Below are positions 28,041-41,805 of a DNA stretch of 64,000 bases, piece by piece (the first letter of the stretch is position 1; every line of letters begins with the position of its first letter). The stretch comes from Eledone cirrhosa (lineage: Eukaryota). The position numbers were made by a program, and so were the translations under genes. The stretch is taken from contig OZ024747.1 of NCBI GenBank assembly GCA_964016885.1, positions 59,706,001-59,770,000 of the forward strand. Direction: 5' to 3'. Below the pieces are notes generated by a model, which was not told the origin of the DNA, searched no databases, and was given only the letters and a program-made list of their open reading frames with translations.

Positions 28041-30151
28041 TTCATAAGGCTTTTTTAGCTGATGGCTAAGGACCCATAAAATCTGAAAGTGAAGGGCCCA
28101 TCACTCTAGCAATCTCACCAACCGTTCACCATAGTCTGATACTTTATTTTATCAACCCTAAATGGATAACAGTCAAAGTTGACCTTATCAGGAGTTAAAC
28201 TTGAAGTACAGAGAAGCAGAACAATACCATACCATATTCTATCTGATGTCTTAACAACTCATCAGCACCTCTTAATAGTGTTTATAAAATATTTCTTAAA
28301 CCAAGTTTTCTAAACTATATGTTGTATTGTAGAGTTATATTGAAAGTTTGATTAATATAGTGTTGTAGTTTGCTATCAGCCATCAACAACTCTTCCCAGA
28401 TTGCTCTCTGAACCCATTCCCATCGATTCCCTTGATAATTTATGATAAATGTGAAAGTATTTGGGATCAATAAAATTGCTAGGGTAAAATTCTACCATTC
28501 TCACTCTTTTCCTATTTTCTCTTATTCCTATTACCTTGGCACTATTATCTCTGCTAGCTTCAAAATATTTAAACTTATTTCCTAGTTACATTTAGATTAA
28601 TATTTCAATAACTGTTAAGACATTCTATAAAGTTGTGTTAAGTTTTAATCTTCATTAATTAAAATAAAATAGAACTAAAATAATTAAAGATATTTTAATG
28701 AATTGTTATTAAAAAGCAGTTTTTATATTAACACAATTTTCTCAGAACATTCTAATGCTTTATAAGCCTCTCACACTGATTGTGATAAAACCAAAATAAT
28801 AGCTTAAATTATTATTTATTTATTTATTAATAGAAAATGTCTAATAAATAGTCTAATAATAGTTTCATTGTTAGTGTAAATGAGATGTGAAGTAATGTGG
28901 GCTAGTGTTTATGGTGTTGGAATCACGATTATAAGGTCACTGGTTTGAATTCTGGACTGGATGGACCATTGTATACTTTAGCTTTATCCCGCATTGCTTT
29001 TCAAGATAGGACTGGGCTCAAAAGAAAATTTGTAAGAGGCCAGCTAAACATATATAGGTGTGAGCTACACATTTTTTTTTTTTTTTTTTTTTTTCATAAA
29101 CGAGATGGGTTTGGCTTGAGAAATGATATTGAGAAATTATCAGCTAATTTTGCAACTACTTACCACTCAGCAATCGATTAGAAGCAGGTTTGTTGCCAAG
29201 GGGAAGGTGTTATATACATTATATATACGTTACAGTATATATACATTATATATACATTAGTATAAATACAGTATATATACATTAGTGCTCTAACTGTAAA
29301 GTTTTGAAGCACCTCACTAGAACCAAAACCTGGGTACTGGCTTGAATGGGAAAAGAATCTATTGTAAGTTATGCAAATGTAATTAATATGCTTTGCCCAG
29401 GTGTACACAGAGCTTTCTTTCAGAAATAATTGTATTTTAAAACATTGATGATAATGTTAACTCCACTTCATCTCCACCACCATCAACATCACTACCATCA
29501 TCACCAGAACCACCATCAGCATCATCACCATCATTACCATCATCACCAGAACCACCACCACTACCATCACCACCATCAGTAACTAGATGTATAATTGAAA
29601 AGATTTATAGTTTCTCCAAGCAAACAGTAAACATTTCAAATGTGTGAAATGTGTGAAGAAGATTATATTTTCTCTCAGAGTAGAAAAAAACAAGTAGATG
29701 GGAGGTAAAATATGTTGTCTCCTGCCTGAGACTCTTACAATAAAATCATCAGCTGAAACGTTTCTGTAAACATTATTCTGTTCTATTTTAGACATGCTAA
29801 AGTACACCTGGCTGATTTCATCTGTCTGTAAATAGCTGTCATATAGTCACCATTTCATGGTTGAATAGTTAAAAAGATGCATTTATCAGTGGAAACAACT
29901 GTTGTAAATAATTCATATATTAAACAATATTTCATCCATGTTAGTCTGTCAAAATAGATAATATTAGATTTTAAGAAAGAAAAAAAAACATTTATATAAA
30001 TATTTAATAGTTTTACATTTTTTTTTTTCTATATTTTTTTTCAGTGGGTTAGCCAGTGCTGTAAATTTTATGATTATATAAGTTGCCCTAGTTGTTGACA
30101 ATCTCCAGGACAACCTTTGATCAGAGGCAATTCACCTATGATCATGACATT

Positions 30152-30335
30152 GTGGATTGGCAGTATCGGTAGAGGGCCGGACGCCATGCTTTTCAGCATA
30201 GTTACGTCCCTTTACAGTCTGAGTTCAAATCCCGCCGAGGTTAACTTTGCCTTTCATCCTTACAGGGTCGATAAAATAAAGTACCAATAATGTACTGGTT
30301 AATTGCTGGCCTTGTGCCAAAAGTAGAAACAATTA
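30152..30335 (+). mobile_element. SINE family A
   Basis: Same A/B boxes, centre and gtagaaacaatt tail. Confidence 0.9.
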
Positions 30336-30699
30336 TTTCCGACAACCGACTGCATAATTCAAAGTGTCTCGCCTTTTTTTTAAGAGGGTAATGTGTAATT
30401 TGAGGGAGATTTGGCTGTTTTTTCTTGAAGGATGAGTGACTTGATAAAGGATCCCCATTGATTGTTGTATACTTTCCCAGAGAGCTGCAACTGAGTAAAG
30501 GGTTCAGTAACTGCTATTAAACCCTTCAATGTTATAGTCCATTTCAATAATAGGAACCACCTAACAACTGTCTGTAGTGGGAACACTGTATAATTGATGA
30601 GTGTGATATGAACTTAAAGTGCAGAGTTCAAACCATTCCATGAGTATTGCTGGCAGAAGGAATGATCAATAACAAATTCATATTTTGTAGAAGTCATCA

Positions 30700-30950
30700 T
30701 TTTCATGTCCGGACACGGCATCCTTCAAAACTTCTATGCTTCCTGAAATTCACCAACACTACGCCTGATATTCCCCCTCCATACACACGCATTCATGTGT
30801 GTGTTTGTGAGTCTGTGTGTATATCATGACTCATATACTGTTCACTTTCATGACATCTGTACATTATTCTATGTACTATACATGCACCTTTAATGAGTTG
30901 TAGTGCACCTGAGCACTACACAATCATTTTCATTATTATATTATATTATA
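30700..30950 (+). mobile_element. CR1-like LINE 3' fragment
   Basis: Homologous to the 3' part of 6637-6960, ending gtagtgcacctgagcact...cattattat. Confidence 0.75.
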
Positions 30951-30956
30951 TTATAC

Positions 30957-31030
30957 AGGTCGATAAAATAAAGTACCAGTAATGCACTGGGTAATTGCTG
31001 GCCTTGTGCCAAAAGTAGAAACAATTATTA
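30957..31030 (+). mobile_element. SINE family A 3' half
   Basis: gtcgataaaataaagtaccag...gtagaaacaatt. Confidence 0.8.
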
Positions 31031-31531
31031 TATTATGTCTACTTAGCCATGCATAATGAGACTTGTAGAACAAGTGTTCTATAACCAGAAACCTTTTTTG
31101 GCACCAACTCATGTAGCCATCTGTCAACAAAATGTAGCGATATTGTGTAGCTACTTTGAAAACTAGGATACACACTATGTTAATCTCCTCATTACTATAT
31201 TTCTAAAAAAGACACTACTTATGATGTTCAAATAATTTGAAAAATAATAAAAAATTAAGTAATGTAGTTAGTGATTAGAAATTAAGTAATGTAACTGGTG
31301 ATTGGAACATAACTTAAAATAGGATCTTACATAAAGTTATGATGGAAGGTTTTAGATAAAAAAAAGCACCAAGTCCTCTTTGTTAGGTGGTATTGGCAGT
31401 GAAGTGGTTGGTGTTTGGAAAGGTATTCAGCCATAGAAACCATTCTGGAATGGAATGTCTGTGTGAGATGCAGTGATCTGAGCTGTTTAGTCTCAGAACA
31501 TGACAGTCCAACTAACCCAGGCAAGTAGAGT

Positions 31532-31862
31532 AAGGTCCCCATCAGTCACTAATGACGATGGCTTTGTACCTAGAAAGTTTCTCTCTGAAGCACAAGCCTG
31601 GTCAAGATTTGCTTGTGGAAGACCAGCAGTCACCCATGTATACCAGTCTCCCCTCTCCACACCACTGATGTTGTCCAAAGGAAAAGTAATGGCCAATACA
31701 GTTTGGCACCAGTGATGTTGCAACTCATTTCTACAGCTGAGTGAACTGGCGCAACATAAAATAAAGTATCTTGCTCAAGAATACAATGCATCAGCCAAGA
31801 ATCGAACTTACAACCTGTGAATTGCAAGCCCAATGCTCTAACGACTAAGTCATGTGCCTGCA
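31532..31862 (-). mobile_element. CORE-like SINE family B, long-tail variant
   Basis: tRNA-like head with gttcgattc B box and cttgagcaagatacttt core; homologous to 39903-40225. Confidence 0.8.
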
Positions 31863-33752
31863 TACTATAGCATAGTAGATAGATGTTAAATGATGATGAT
31901 GGTGATAAACATTCCAAAATAAGCATTAAAACTGAAAATAGATATTGGAAGGATTTAGTAATATAACTATATATAGTTGAATATATGCTGACTCCTATTT
32001 TATGTCTGAGAAATAGACAAAAATCCAAACCCATGTATATGTCAAGGCCGCTGATCAATATATAATGTTTAAATGGTGCAGTTTTGAAATTTTCATGAGT
32101 GGAAAATATATTTCTGAAGTTTTAATATTTTGATATTTAAAATGTTTTAAGTGTCATTTAAAGAATATTTTTTGTTTCACAACTCCATTACGTAATGATT
32201 TTTTTACCAATTTATGATTGTTTTGAACATTATGTTCATCCAAAATAAATTTCACCTCCGAAACGAAAATATTTTAGCATGTTATTTATGTATTTATGAA
32301 TAATTTGAAGTTGGTAAAAAAAAAGATCGTCAAAATATTGGTCTCAAATATAAGCTGACCTGACTTGCCCGCCCTCCATTTTACTAATGATATTTCAGCA
32401 GATATTTCATGGCTTATATATGAGTATATATGATAACTTTATCATTATCTAGCCGGTGTTTGGAACATAACTTAACAAAGGTTCTTACATAAAATTATGA
32501 TGGGAGGTTTCAAGAGCAGTTTTACATGGTTTAAAATGAAATCTTCCACTGGTGGTTGCTCTCACACAATCTATTAAAATTTATAGCATATTGTAAATAT
32601 AATTCTTTATACTAACCTCTCAACTATGTTATTAAATAAGAACAGTATCTATTTTCAGCTTCATTGATTAAGGGTAGAACACAATAGTAGTCGGGTCAGT
32701 TAGAACTTGTCATATTGGACACCATCATCAGCAGTTAGTTGTCTAGCCAGTTTTGTTGTGTAGGTAGTCTGTAAATTAACAAACTTTAGCTGAAGCTGGA
32801 TATAAATAATGTAGTGATTGGCGACTTTATGAAGAAGAACTATAACATTATAGAACAGCAGCCAATCAATATCTATTTATATAATAACTCTTATATCTCT
32901 TCTCCATAAAACAATAAGTTGTTATACAACATCATAAGCTTCATTTCATTCTGTTGACATCACAAGTAGTTTAATGTTTATTTTCTTTCTCTGCTTTTCC
33001 ATTTTCAAAATAAGTTAGCAACTCTTGCATGAAAATTCAGCTATAAACTCCAAAATATCTACCTTTCATCTTTGTTACTTTAACCAACCTTAACTGACCT
33101 TTCATTTCCTTCTCTCTTCTCCACCTTCAATATCCAAAAGAAATTCACAAGAATTTCTCACTAATAATTTCTTCCCTTCAAATGACATTGTTTTGTTCTA
33201 TTATTCTCTACCATATGAGATCAAAGCCTGTCACAAATATTTGCATTGAACCCTTAATAAAGCCACATTATTAATCCACTTGCTTCACTTACCTTAGCTC
33301 TAATATAAGTAACAATCAATTAGGTGTATGAAAGTTAGCAAAGAAAATATCTAACTACCTAACTTTGCAGAACCATAAAACTAATGCTTCAATGGTAAAA
33401 ATAGATGTAAACAGAACTGGAAGAATTTGCTATCATCTTTAGAATTTATAGTCTAAAATAATAAATAAATAAATATATATATTATATTAACATTTATATA
33501 TATAATAATAAATTAAAATGTAGATGCAGCATGGCTGAATGGGTTAAAAGTTAGATTCACAATTATCTGATTTCAGGTTCAGTCCTCAGGCCCATCACCT
33601 GGGTTAGGTGAGTCTTGGGATCTCATGAGCGGGTACTCTAGTTTGCAATATATCTCGGGTGAGATTTCGGAATAAACATATCACTGGACATTTTTATAAA
33701 TACAAAGGTGCATCATTAAAAAAGTAGGTAGGGGGTACTGTGCCATCCAGTG

Positions 33753-34040
33753 AAGGGCCGGATTTAATGGGGGGCAAAGGGAAAAATTGCCCTGCAGTAG
33801 GGGCTTCAGTGATGGCCATAGCAATTTATTTGTCCCTCAGCTGGACTTTTTAGTTTTAGGATGGTTAGAATTTTTAAATTTAATGCCTGTATGTATAACT
33901 TTTCAATTCCAATTACTTGTGCCAAGCTAATTTTGATATGTAAAATTGGGTGGTTTGCTGTGTATTATAACTTCTTGTGTATGAGAGGCCCTCCCAAACA
34001 TGAAGTGTCCCACCCACCCCCAGGTCTAGATCCAACCCTG
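33753..34040. mobile_element. hAT-like non-autonomous DNA transposon
   Basis: TIR-like agggccggattta...tagatccaaccctg; perfect 8-bp TSD atccagtg (33745-33752/34041-34048). Confidence 0.85.
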
Positions 34041-34367
34041 ATCCAGTGTCCCCAACTCCCATGGCAACAGGCCTGTCACTCCAACAGTATAACATCTTGG
34101 CAAATGTCTTTTACCATAACCTGCGTTTAATCTCAACATTGTGAGAGAGATTGGGTAGATGGAAAGTGTTTGGGAGATTTTTAAATAGTTTGTATTTGTA
34201 AGTCAGAGCCAACTCTGCTTGTAGAACTCAACACTGTTGTTTCAGTAGTAAACATAAATGTAAAAAGAACTGGAAAAATATACTACCATCTTCAGAATTT
34301 ATAATTTAATCTTTAACCCTTTCATTTCCATATTTCTAAAGACAGGTATAACTTACTTTCTATTTAT

Positions 34368-34590
34368 TGGTGGTAAATTGGCAGAATTGGTAGAACGTCG
34401 GACAACATGCTTAGTGACATAGTGTTGTGGCCCTTTACACCCTGAGTTCAAATCCAGCCGAGGTTAGCTTTGCCTTTCATCCTTATGTGATCGATAAAAT
34501 ATGGTACCAGTAATGCACTGATGTTGATTTAATCGACTTTCTCTTTCCTCAAAAATTGTTGGCCTTGTCCCTAAATCAGAAACCATTATT
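34368..34590 (+). mobile_element. SINE family A (diverged)
   Basis: ttggcagaattgg, gagttcaaatcc, gcctttcatcc centre. Confidence 0.82.
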
Positions 34591-35713
34591 AAGGTGATGC
34601 TTGAAACATAACTTAACAAATATGCGTACATAAAATTATGATAGGAGGTTTTTGATAAATATAAACACTTTAAAACAAATAGTTTTGTATCATAAAAACC
34701 AGGAGCTATTTCAGTCAAGATGGATCAAAAGGGTTAAACAAATAATAAAGTACAAAAATTGTGATGGAATTTGGAAACTACTTGGCTCTTTTTTCTTTTT
34801 TCTGAAAGATTTTGCTTCACTCTTGGCGTATGCATGTTTTCTTTTTATTTACTTTAACCAATGACCTCTCATCCTTACTACCTACTCTTCTCACAGCTCA
34901 GTTATCTTTCATAAATTTAATGGCAATATTACATTATGTATCCTGTCTATTTGTTGAAAATCTATTTTCATACAGCCAATATTACAGACACTGCAAAAGC
35001 CTTTCTCACAAACAGGAAAAGATTTTTCTAAATCCTATTTCTGTATAGAAATTCACCAATAATTGAAGACTTACTTAGGACAGGCAATAAACAGTGAGTG
35101 GTGTAATATTATTAACAAATTTGTGCTGTTGTAGATAAGGATAAGCAATAAAAGTTTTTTGCTTCCAATAGAATACTTCCAAGTGAAGCAGTCTTCCTAT
35201 ATTATCTGCTATAGTTACACTTTATTTTTTTTTTTTACCAATTCAATGTCTGGTGTTCTTTATAGAACATTTTATTGTTAGTAATAAATAATAGACATAG
35301 TGAAATGGTTCCAGATTATGAAGGATAAGAAACATAGAAGTGTAGGAGATCCATTTTATTACTGTATTGCTTTGTAATAAAACCAGCAGTTATTAAGATC
35401 TTAAAATTACATATGACTTTTATCATGACTTGTAGTTGAGTAAGCTTCTTCTTATTTTTTTTAATAAACTTTGTATAGAAAGAAAGCCTTGTTTCTATTA
35501 TAAAGTTTATCTAAATATCGAAGCAACTTGGTATTTTTATGGAACAAAAATAATTACTTGCTATTGTTAAATGGTGTATTGATATTTTTAATGATTTGTT
35601 GTTTGTTATTAAAAAAAAATATCTGAGTCAGACAGAGGATGATAATGAATTATAATTAGATATTTATCTTTGGTAGTTAACAAAGATAATATCTTCATGT
35701 ATGGCAATTAGAG

Positions 35714-35833
35714 AAATAACAGCAGAACCAATGTCTGACGAAGCTTGGATGGAGTTCTGGGTTAAAATAACAGGAGCAATGGCTGACAAAGCCTAGATGG
35801 AGCTCTGGGTTGAAAGTTTCTATGGCGCTGTTG
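35714..35833 (+). ncRNA. Degenerate tandem hammerhead-ribozyme-like motif
   Basis: Two ~48-bp units: CTGACGA and CTGACAA cores; second unit has stem agcctaga/tctgggtt followed by GAAA. Confidence 0.4.
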
Positions 35834-35883
35834 TGTATTATTTATGGTAGCCCAAAAAATAAAAAAAAATTATTTAGGGCTCC

Positions 35884-36047
35884 TTAACCCTTCAGCATTT
35901 GCATTACTCTATATTTACTATCATACCTCACATAATATCTCCCATAATATTGAATCTACAAGATTTTGATATAATTGGTTTTAAGAATGATACCTTAACA
36001 TTGGTATGAGTGGCTGATTACAGCTATTTTAAATGCTAAAGGGTTAA
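35884..36047. mobile_element. piggyBac-like MITE family 1 (internally deleted)
   Basis: ttaacccttcagcattt...aaatgctaaagggttaa. Confidence 0.8.
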
Positions 36048-36730
36048 ATATGATGGAATCTTGGCAACAGCCAACTCAGCCTCCCTCCTTTAATCTGACA
36101 TTGAACAAAACAGAAAAAAACTGCAGGGTTTGTATATTAGCCATTACTGGTGTGTAAATGACTTGTGGGTAGAATCACATTGTTAGTGATTAGCTGTTTA
36201 AGTATTAAAGTAATTAAACAATTGAAATATTTCACTTGTGCAACACACCACCACCACCAGCAGCAGCAACAGTACAACATACCACCACTACCACCACCAC
36301 CTCCATCACTAGCAACAACACTAGCAACAACAGTAGTGGCAGCAGACATGTGACTTGTGGCAGATATTTAAGTGATAGAGTTGATTAAATAGCTATCAAT
36401 CAGTTTTAGTCAAGAGCTACGCTACATGGATTAGTATTAAACCTTGCCCATACATCACATGACATGGATAGTATTTTTGTCTTTTAACTAATTTGACATT
36501 TACTAATAATAATAGAATTATCTGTGTGACTCAATAACAGAGCTTGTCAATGTAGCTTGTCAATCATCTCAACTAAAATTACAAACATAAGTGTGTGTGT
36601 GTATATATATATATAAATGTGTGTTTGTGTATATATATGTGGAGGTGGGGGTGGGGTGGTGGTATGAATATATATTTGTTTATGTTTGTGTGTGCATGCG
36701 TGTATATATAAATATTTATATACGCATGTT

Positions 36731-36762
<32 letters not shown>

Positions 36763-36767
36763 CATAT

Positions 36768-37537
36768 ATCATCATCATCATCATCACTGTTTTAAGTCCG
36801 TTCTTCCACGCTAGCATGGGTTAGACGGGTTGTCCTGTTGTGGGCAGTGTCAGGTCGGCTGACCTTGTCTTACTCTACGGGAACTGATTTTGGCTTGATT
36901 TCTACAGCTGGATGCCCTTCCTAACACCAACCTCATTTACAGTGAGTGCTGGGTGCTTTTTTGCCGTGGCACCTCCATGACCACGTTGCAGTGGGAGGGT
37001 GTGGGGGGCATATTGTCTATATGCTTCAACTTGTACCCATGGGAGGTCGGGTACTCTGTATTACTGCGTGACACCAGAGGTCACGGTCGTGTGTCATCGC
37101 CTTTGAGAGGTGCAACTGGGTAAGGTCGGCCCTATCACCTCATCCAAGGTCTTCTTGGGTCTCCCCACTCCGCGGCTTCCATTGACTTCTAGTGCTCTGC
37201 ACCTTTTTATGCAGCTGTCATCCTTCATACGCATCACATGTCCATACCAACGCATCCGCCTCTCCTGCACACAGCATTTGATTCCTCTGATACTCAGTCT
37301 CTCTCTCAATTCATTTATGCTTTGCTGTTCGCGTATATTACTATTACACATCTATCGGAGCATGCAGGCTTCGTTACATTCTAATCTACGTAAGTCTTCC
37401 ACCTTCAGCGCCCAGGTCTCACTACCATGTAACATTGCTGTTCGGATACACGCATCATACAGTCTGCCTTTCATTTTGAGGGAGAAGCCTTTTGCAGCTA
37501 GCAGTGGCAGTAGTTCCCTGAACTTCTTCCATCTCGT
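36768..37537 (-). mobile_element. RTE LINE, 5'-truncated, decayed copy
   Basis: Homologous to 46680-47510; (GAT)n tail; encodes ERRMRWYGHVMR; carries a TGG>TAG stop and a 1-nt frameshift relative to the longer copy. Confidence 0.92.
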
Positions 37538-37868
37538 GTGTGTTTATGTATATATGTGTGTAGATATGAATTTGTGTTTTTGTGTGTGTGTGTATGTGCA
37601 CATGTGTATATGAATATATATATATATGCATCTGTATGTTTATATATATGTGTGTTTGTGTGTGTATATATATATGTGTGTGTGTTTGTGTGTATATATA
37701 TGTGGAGCTATGAATTTGTGTTTTGAGTGTGTGTGTGTGCAAGTATATATGAATATATATGTGTGTATGTAATTTATATATGTGTGTTTGTGTACATATG
37801 TATGTGGGTATGAATATATATGTGTTTTTGAGTGTGTGCAAGTATATATATGAATATATGTATACACC

Positions 37869-37902
<34 letters not shown>

Positions 37903-38194
37903 TACACATATATTTAAAGTAGGTCAATTTAATCAATCAGTGGTGTGGCTCGGCTGGTATTTAGAGTTGCCTGCTGTCATCAGACCTAACAACCAAATTA
38001 TTCCAAAAGCTAATCAAGTAAAACCAGGAAACTATGGAAACCCATATATATATATATTAAATTAACTTCTTTGTTACCATATTTGGAATGAAATGCACTC
38101 TATATCAATAAAGGAAAACTTATATGGGTTATAATAAAATTATTTTATTGCTAAGATAGGAACTTAACATATGGTTCTTATATAACAGTATAAT

Positions 38195-38510
38195 GGAATC
38201 CTGCTGAGGTTAGCTTTTCCTTTCATCCTTACATGGTCAATCAAATAAATTACCAGTAATGCACGGGGGTTGATTTAATCGACCTTCTCCATCCCCAAAA
38301 TTGTTGGCCTTGTGCCTAAATTAGAAACCATTGGCAGTATCGGTAGAGAGTCGGACGCAATGCTTTGCAGCAAAGTTACGGCTCTTTATGGTCTGAGTTC
38401 AAATCCCGCAAAGGTTAACTTTGCCTTTCATCCTTACGAGGTCGATAAAATAAAGTACCAGTAATATACTGGGAAAATTGCTGGCCTTGTGCCTAAATTA
38501 GAAACCATTA
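38195..38510 (+). mobile_element. Tandem SINE family A: partial copy followed by near-full copy
   Basis: Two successive ttgtgcctaaattagaaacca tails at ~38330 and ~38508. Confidence 0.82.
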
Positions 38511-39136
38511 TATTAGAAGATTCTAATCGAAATAAGACTCCTTTAAAATAGATGGCTTTGTTTCATAGAACCAATTCCTAATTTGGCCAGGCTGGTATTA
38601 AAAGGGTTTATAAAAATTTTGGGGAGATTTACTAAAATTATTATTTTATTTTTATTTCTAAGATAGTAGCTCAACATATGGTTCTTACATAAGATTATAT
38701 TTTGGAAGATTTGTATCTAAGTATGAATCCTTTAAAATAGGTAGTTTTGTTTCATAGAACCAGACTCTATTTTGGCACCAGACATGTACTAAAAGAGTTA
38801 ATGGAGGTGTTTTATGTTTAATCATAGACAGAAACAAGTAATTTAGACTTATTGTCAGCAAGCTGCCTGAAACTGGCTTGGTTTTATAAGACAAGACTTT
38901 CTATGTTAAAATATTAATACTTATATTGAAGTCTTGCATCATAATGTTAAGTAGTCTTTAAGTAATGGGGGAAGGACAGAGAGTGTTCAAGATTGATGGG
39001 AGGTAGGTAACATCAAACTAGAGAGCTAACTTGAATGCTTACAATGCAGTAGTTTCTATAATAGCATTCATGGTCCAGGTGGTAGTGTTAAACTGGGTGA
39101 CAGATTATATCTACCACCCCAATAGACCAGACCCTC

Positions 39137-39166
<30 letters not shown>

Positions 39167-39168
<2 letters not shown>

Positions 39169-39549
39169 CATCATCATTTTACGTCCGCTTTTCCCTGCTT
39201 GCAAGGGTGGGATGGGAACTGATTCTGGCTTGATTTCTACAGCTGGATGCCCTTCCTAACACCAACCTCATTTACAGTGAGTGCTGGGTGCTTTTTTTCC
39301 GTGGCACCTCCACATCCACTTTACAGTGTGGGCTGGGTGCTTTTTTGCTGTGGCACCTCCACCACCACTTTGCAGTGGAGTGATAGGAACCCCAGTCCTA
39401 TCAACTCATTTCTACAGCTGAGTAAACTGAAGCAATGTGAAATGAAGTGTCTTGCTCAAGGAAACAACACATTACCCAGTCTGAGAATTGAACTCACAGC
39501 CTTTCGATTGCAAGGCCAATGCTCTAACCACTAAGCCATGTGCCTCCAT
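39167..39549 (-). mobile_element. CORE-like SINE with RTE-derived 3' tail, full length
   Basis: Head ggcacatggcttagtggttagagc...gagttcaattc; core ccttgagcaagacactt; tail matches the RTE 3'UTR (aggaagggcatccagctgtagaaatcaagcca) plus (GAT)n. Confidence 0.88.
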
Positions 39550-39902
39550 ATATATATATATATATATACCTACCACCCCAATAGACCAAACCCTAGTATA
39601 TATATATCTATAATGACGAAGTTGATCTGAGTGGGATTTAAACCCACATCATAGGGAACCAGAACAAATACCATAAGACATGTTGTCCGACTTTGCTCAT
39701 TCATTGCTTATATATATTAAACCTTTTGATACCAAACCACCTAAAACTGGATTTGGTTCTATGAAATAAAATACTTATTTTATTAGATTTATCTCTTTCA
39801 ACATAATTCTATATAAGAAACTTAAGTTAAGTTAGTGTGTTAGTAATGAAATAATTAGAAAAATTAGCAAATCCTTCATCACTAATTAAGAGTATATTTC
39901 AT

Positions 39903-40225
39903 TATGGTGTAGTGGTTAGTGTTGGGCTTACAATCATGAAGTTGTGAGTTTGATTCTCTGAGCAGTCTTTGTGGTGTGTTCTTGAGCAAAACACTTTACA
40001 TTGCTCCAGTTTACTCAGCTGTAGAAATTAGTTGTGACATTACTGGTGCCAAACTGTATCAGCCATTGTATTTCCCTTGGACAACATTGGTAGCATAGAG
40101 ATGGAAGATCGGTATGCATGGGAGATTGCTGGTCTTCCACAAACAAGCTTGCCTGGACTTGTGCCTCAGAGGGGAACTTTCTAGGTGCAAATCCTATGGT
40201 CATTTGTGACTGAAGTGGGTCTTAT
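39903..40225 (+). mobile_element. CORE-like SINE family B, long-tail variant
   Basis: Homologous to 31532-31862. Confidence 0.78.
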
Positions 40226-41419
40226 TTCATTAGGTATAACTAATGGCAGTGCTGCAGTGTTGCCACAGCCCACTAGCTAGAACCAGCAAAAGTGAGATTA
40301 AATTATGAAATACATGTATGAAGAAAATGGTGCCAAGGGAATGTATTGGCTCTCCAGGCTTGCCTCAGTGCAATCTTGTCAACTACAATATATAGTCAAC
40401 ACAAATGCACACAAAAATATATGTCACAGCTAGAACAGTGACAAAATGTGATGATTATACTTTGAATTTTTCAGAGGAATATTTTGAATTTGTCAGAAGT
40501 GGTTGTGTACTGAGCGACCTGAGATAATTAGTCTAATGATGTAGGTAATTATATCTTGAAATCAAGACAAATTTATTTGTCTGCCATTATCTGTTTTTCT
40601 ATTTTGATGGCATTTAGACATAGCCTGTACTGTAGAATTAATCTTTTGAAATTTTCAAAATACTGTGATATTTTAAGAAATATTTTCTATAAAGATTTTT
40701 TTTCTAAGATGAAAATTCTGTTATATTTTATATTTATCTTTAGTTAGAGGAAAGTGGAATAAGGAATAAATTTCTTTAAAAAATCATTGTAAATTTTATT
40801 AGATATGAAATTATCATATTTTTTAAGCTGTCAATTTATTAAAATACATTTTAAATATTCATAGTACACTTCAGAGGAATATAAATTATAGAGGGTTTTT
40901 TTTTCTCTCCCAATAGTTATAATATATTAGATTTATATCTTATCTTTGATTGTTTCTAACTGTTCAGCAAATAATTCTCATAACTTTTGCTTTTCTTCTT
41001 TAATAAATTTATGGCAATATTTATATTTTGATCAAAGATTGCTAAGAGTTTCTTCAAATATCATTCTTCATTTTGTGTTCTCTAAGAAAATTATTGCCAG
41101 TTTTCTGATTAGGAAGATTAATAAACAACTTAAAATTAATAAACAACTTAAAATTAATAAATTTTCAGTTTTGACATTTTATTATCATTTCTATATAGCT
41201 GTTTTTCTTTCTTGTTTTAAAATTTGAACATCACCAGATTTGTTTTCCATGCTGAAGCAGGTTTTCTATATCTTGGTGCCTACTCATACCTTACTTCCTA
41301 AGTTTGTTGAACCACTATGCTGTAGGTTATGTTGTTTAAAAAGGAAATAAATAATGTTACCATTGGCTTTTTATAAACGATGTCAGTATGACATTTGCGG
41401 TAACTGGCATACACATTTA

Positions 41420-41805
41420 TTTAATAATAATGAATATAATCATAATGAAATTATTGTTTACAGTGCTCAGGTGCACCACAACTCATCAAAGGTGCATGTC
41501 TAGTACATAGAATAATGTACAAATGTCAGGAAAGTAAACAGTCATGATATACACACAGATACATACGTTCATGTGTATGGAGGGGGAATATCAAGTGTAG
41601 TGTTGGCGAATTTTGGGAAGCATGGAGGTTTTGAAGGATGCAGTGTCTTGACAGCTAACAACTGATGCAGGTAGTTTGTTCCATGCTTGAGCAACTCTGA
41701 GCATGAAAAAATGTTTCCGAAAGTCATGGGATCTGTGTTGTTTTTTGACTTTATAGGCATGTCCACGGTTGTTAGACGCATGGAATTCAAAATACTCCCA
41801 CATAT
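41420..41805 (-). mobile_element. CR1-like LINE 3' fragment
   Basis: ORF 41591-41803 encodes NRGHAYKVKK...RKHFFMLRVAQAWNKLP, the CR1-type ORF2 end, followed by 3'UTR and ATT tail. Confidence 0.85.

Noticed and set aside
33395-34305. ~55-bp diverged direct repeats 850 bp apart (also short tandem duplications at ~6243, ~7150, ~16414 and ~50321)
   Set aside because: Look like ordinary local duplications; no LTR or other functional signature
40475-40544. ttttcag|...tag|gtaatt exon-like segment
   Set aside because: Stop codons in all three frames and no other support
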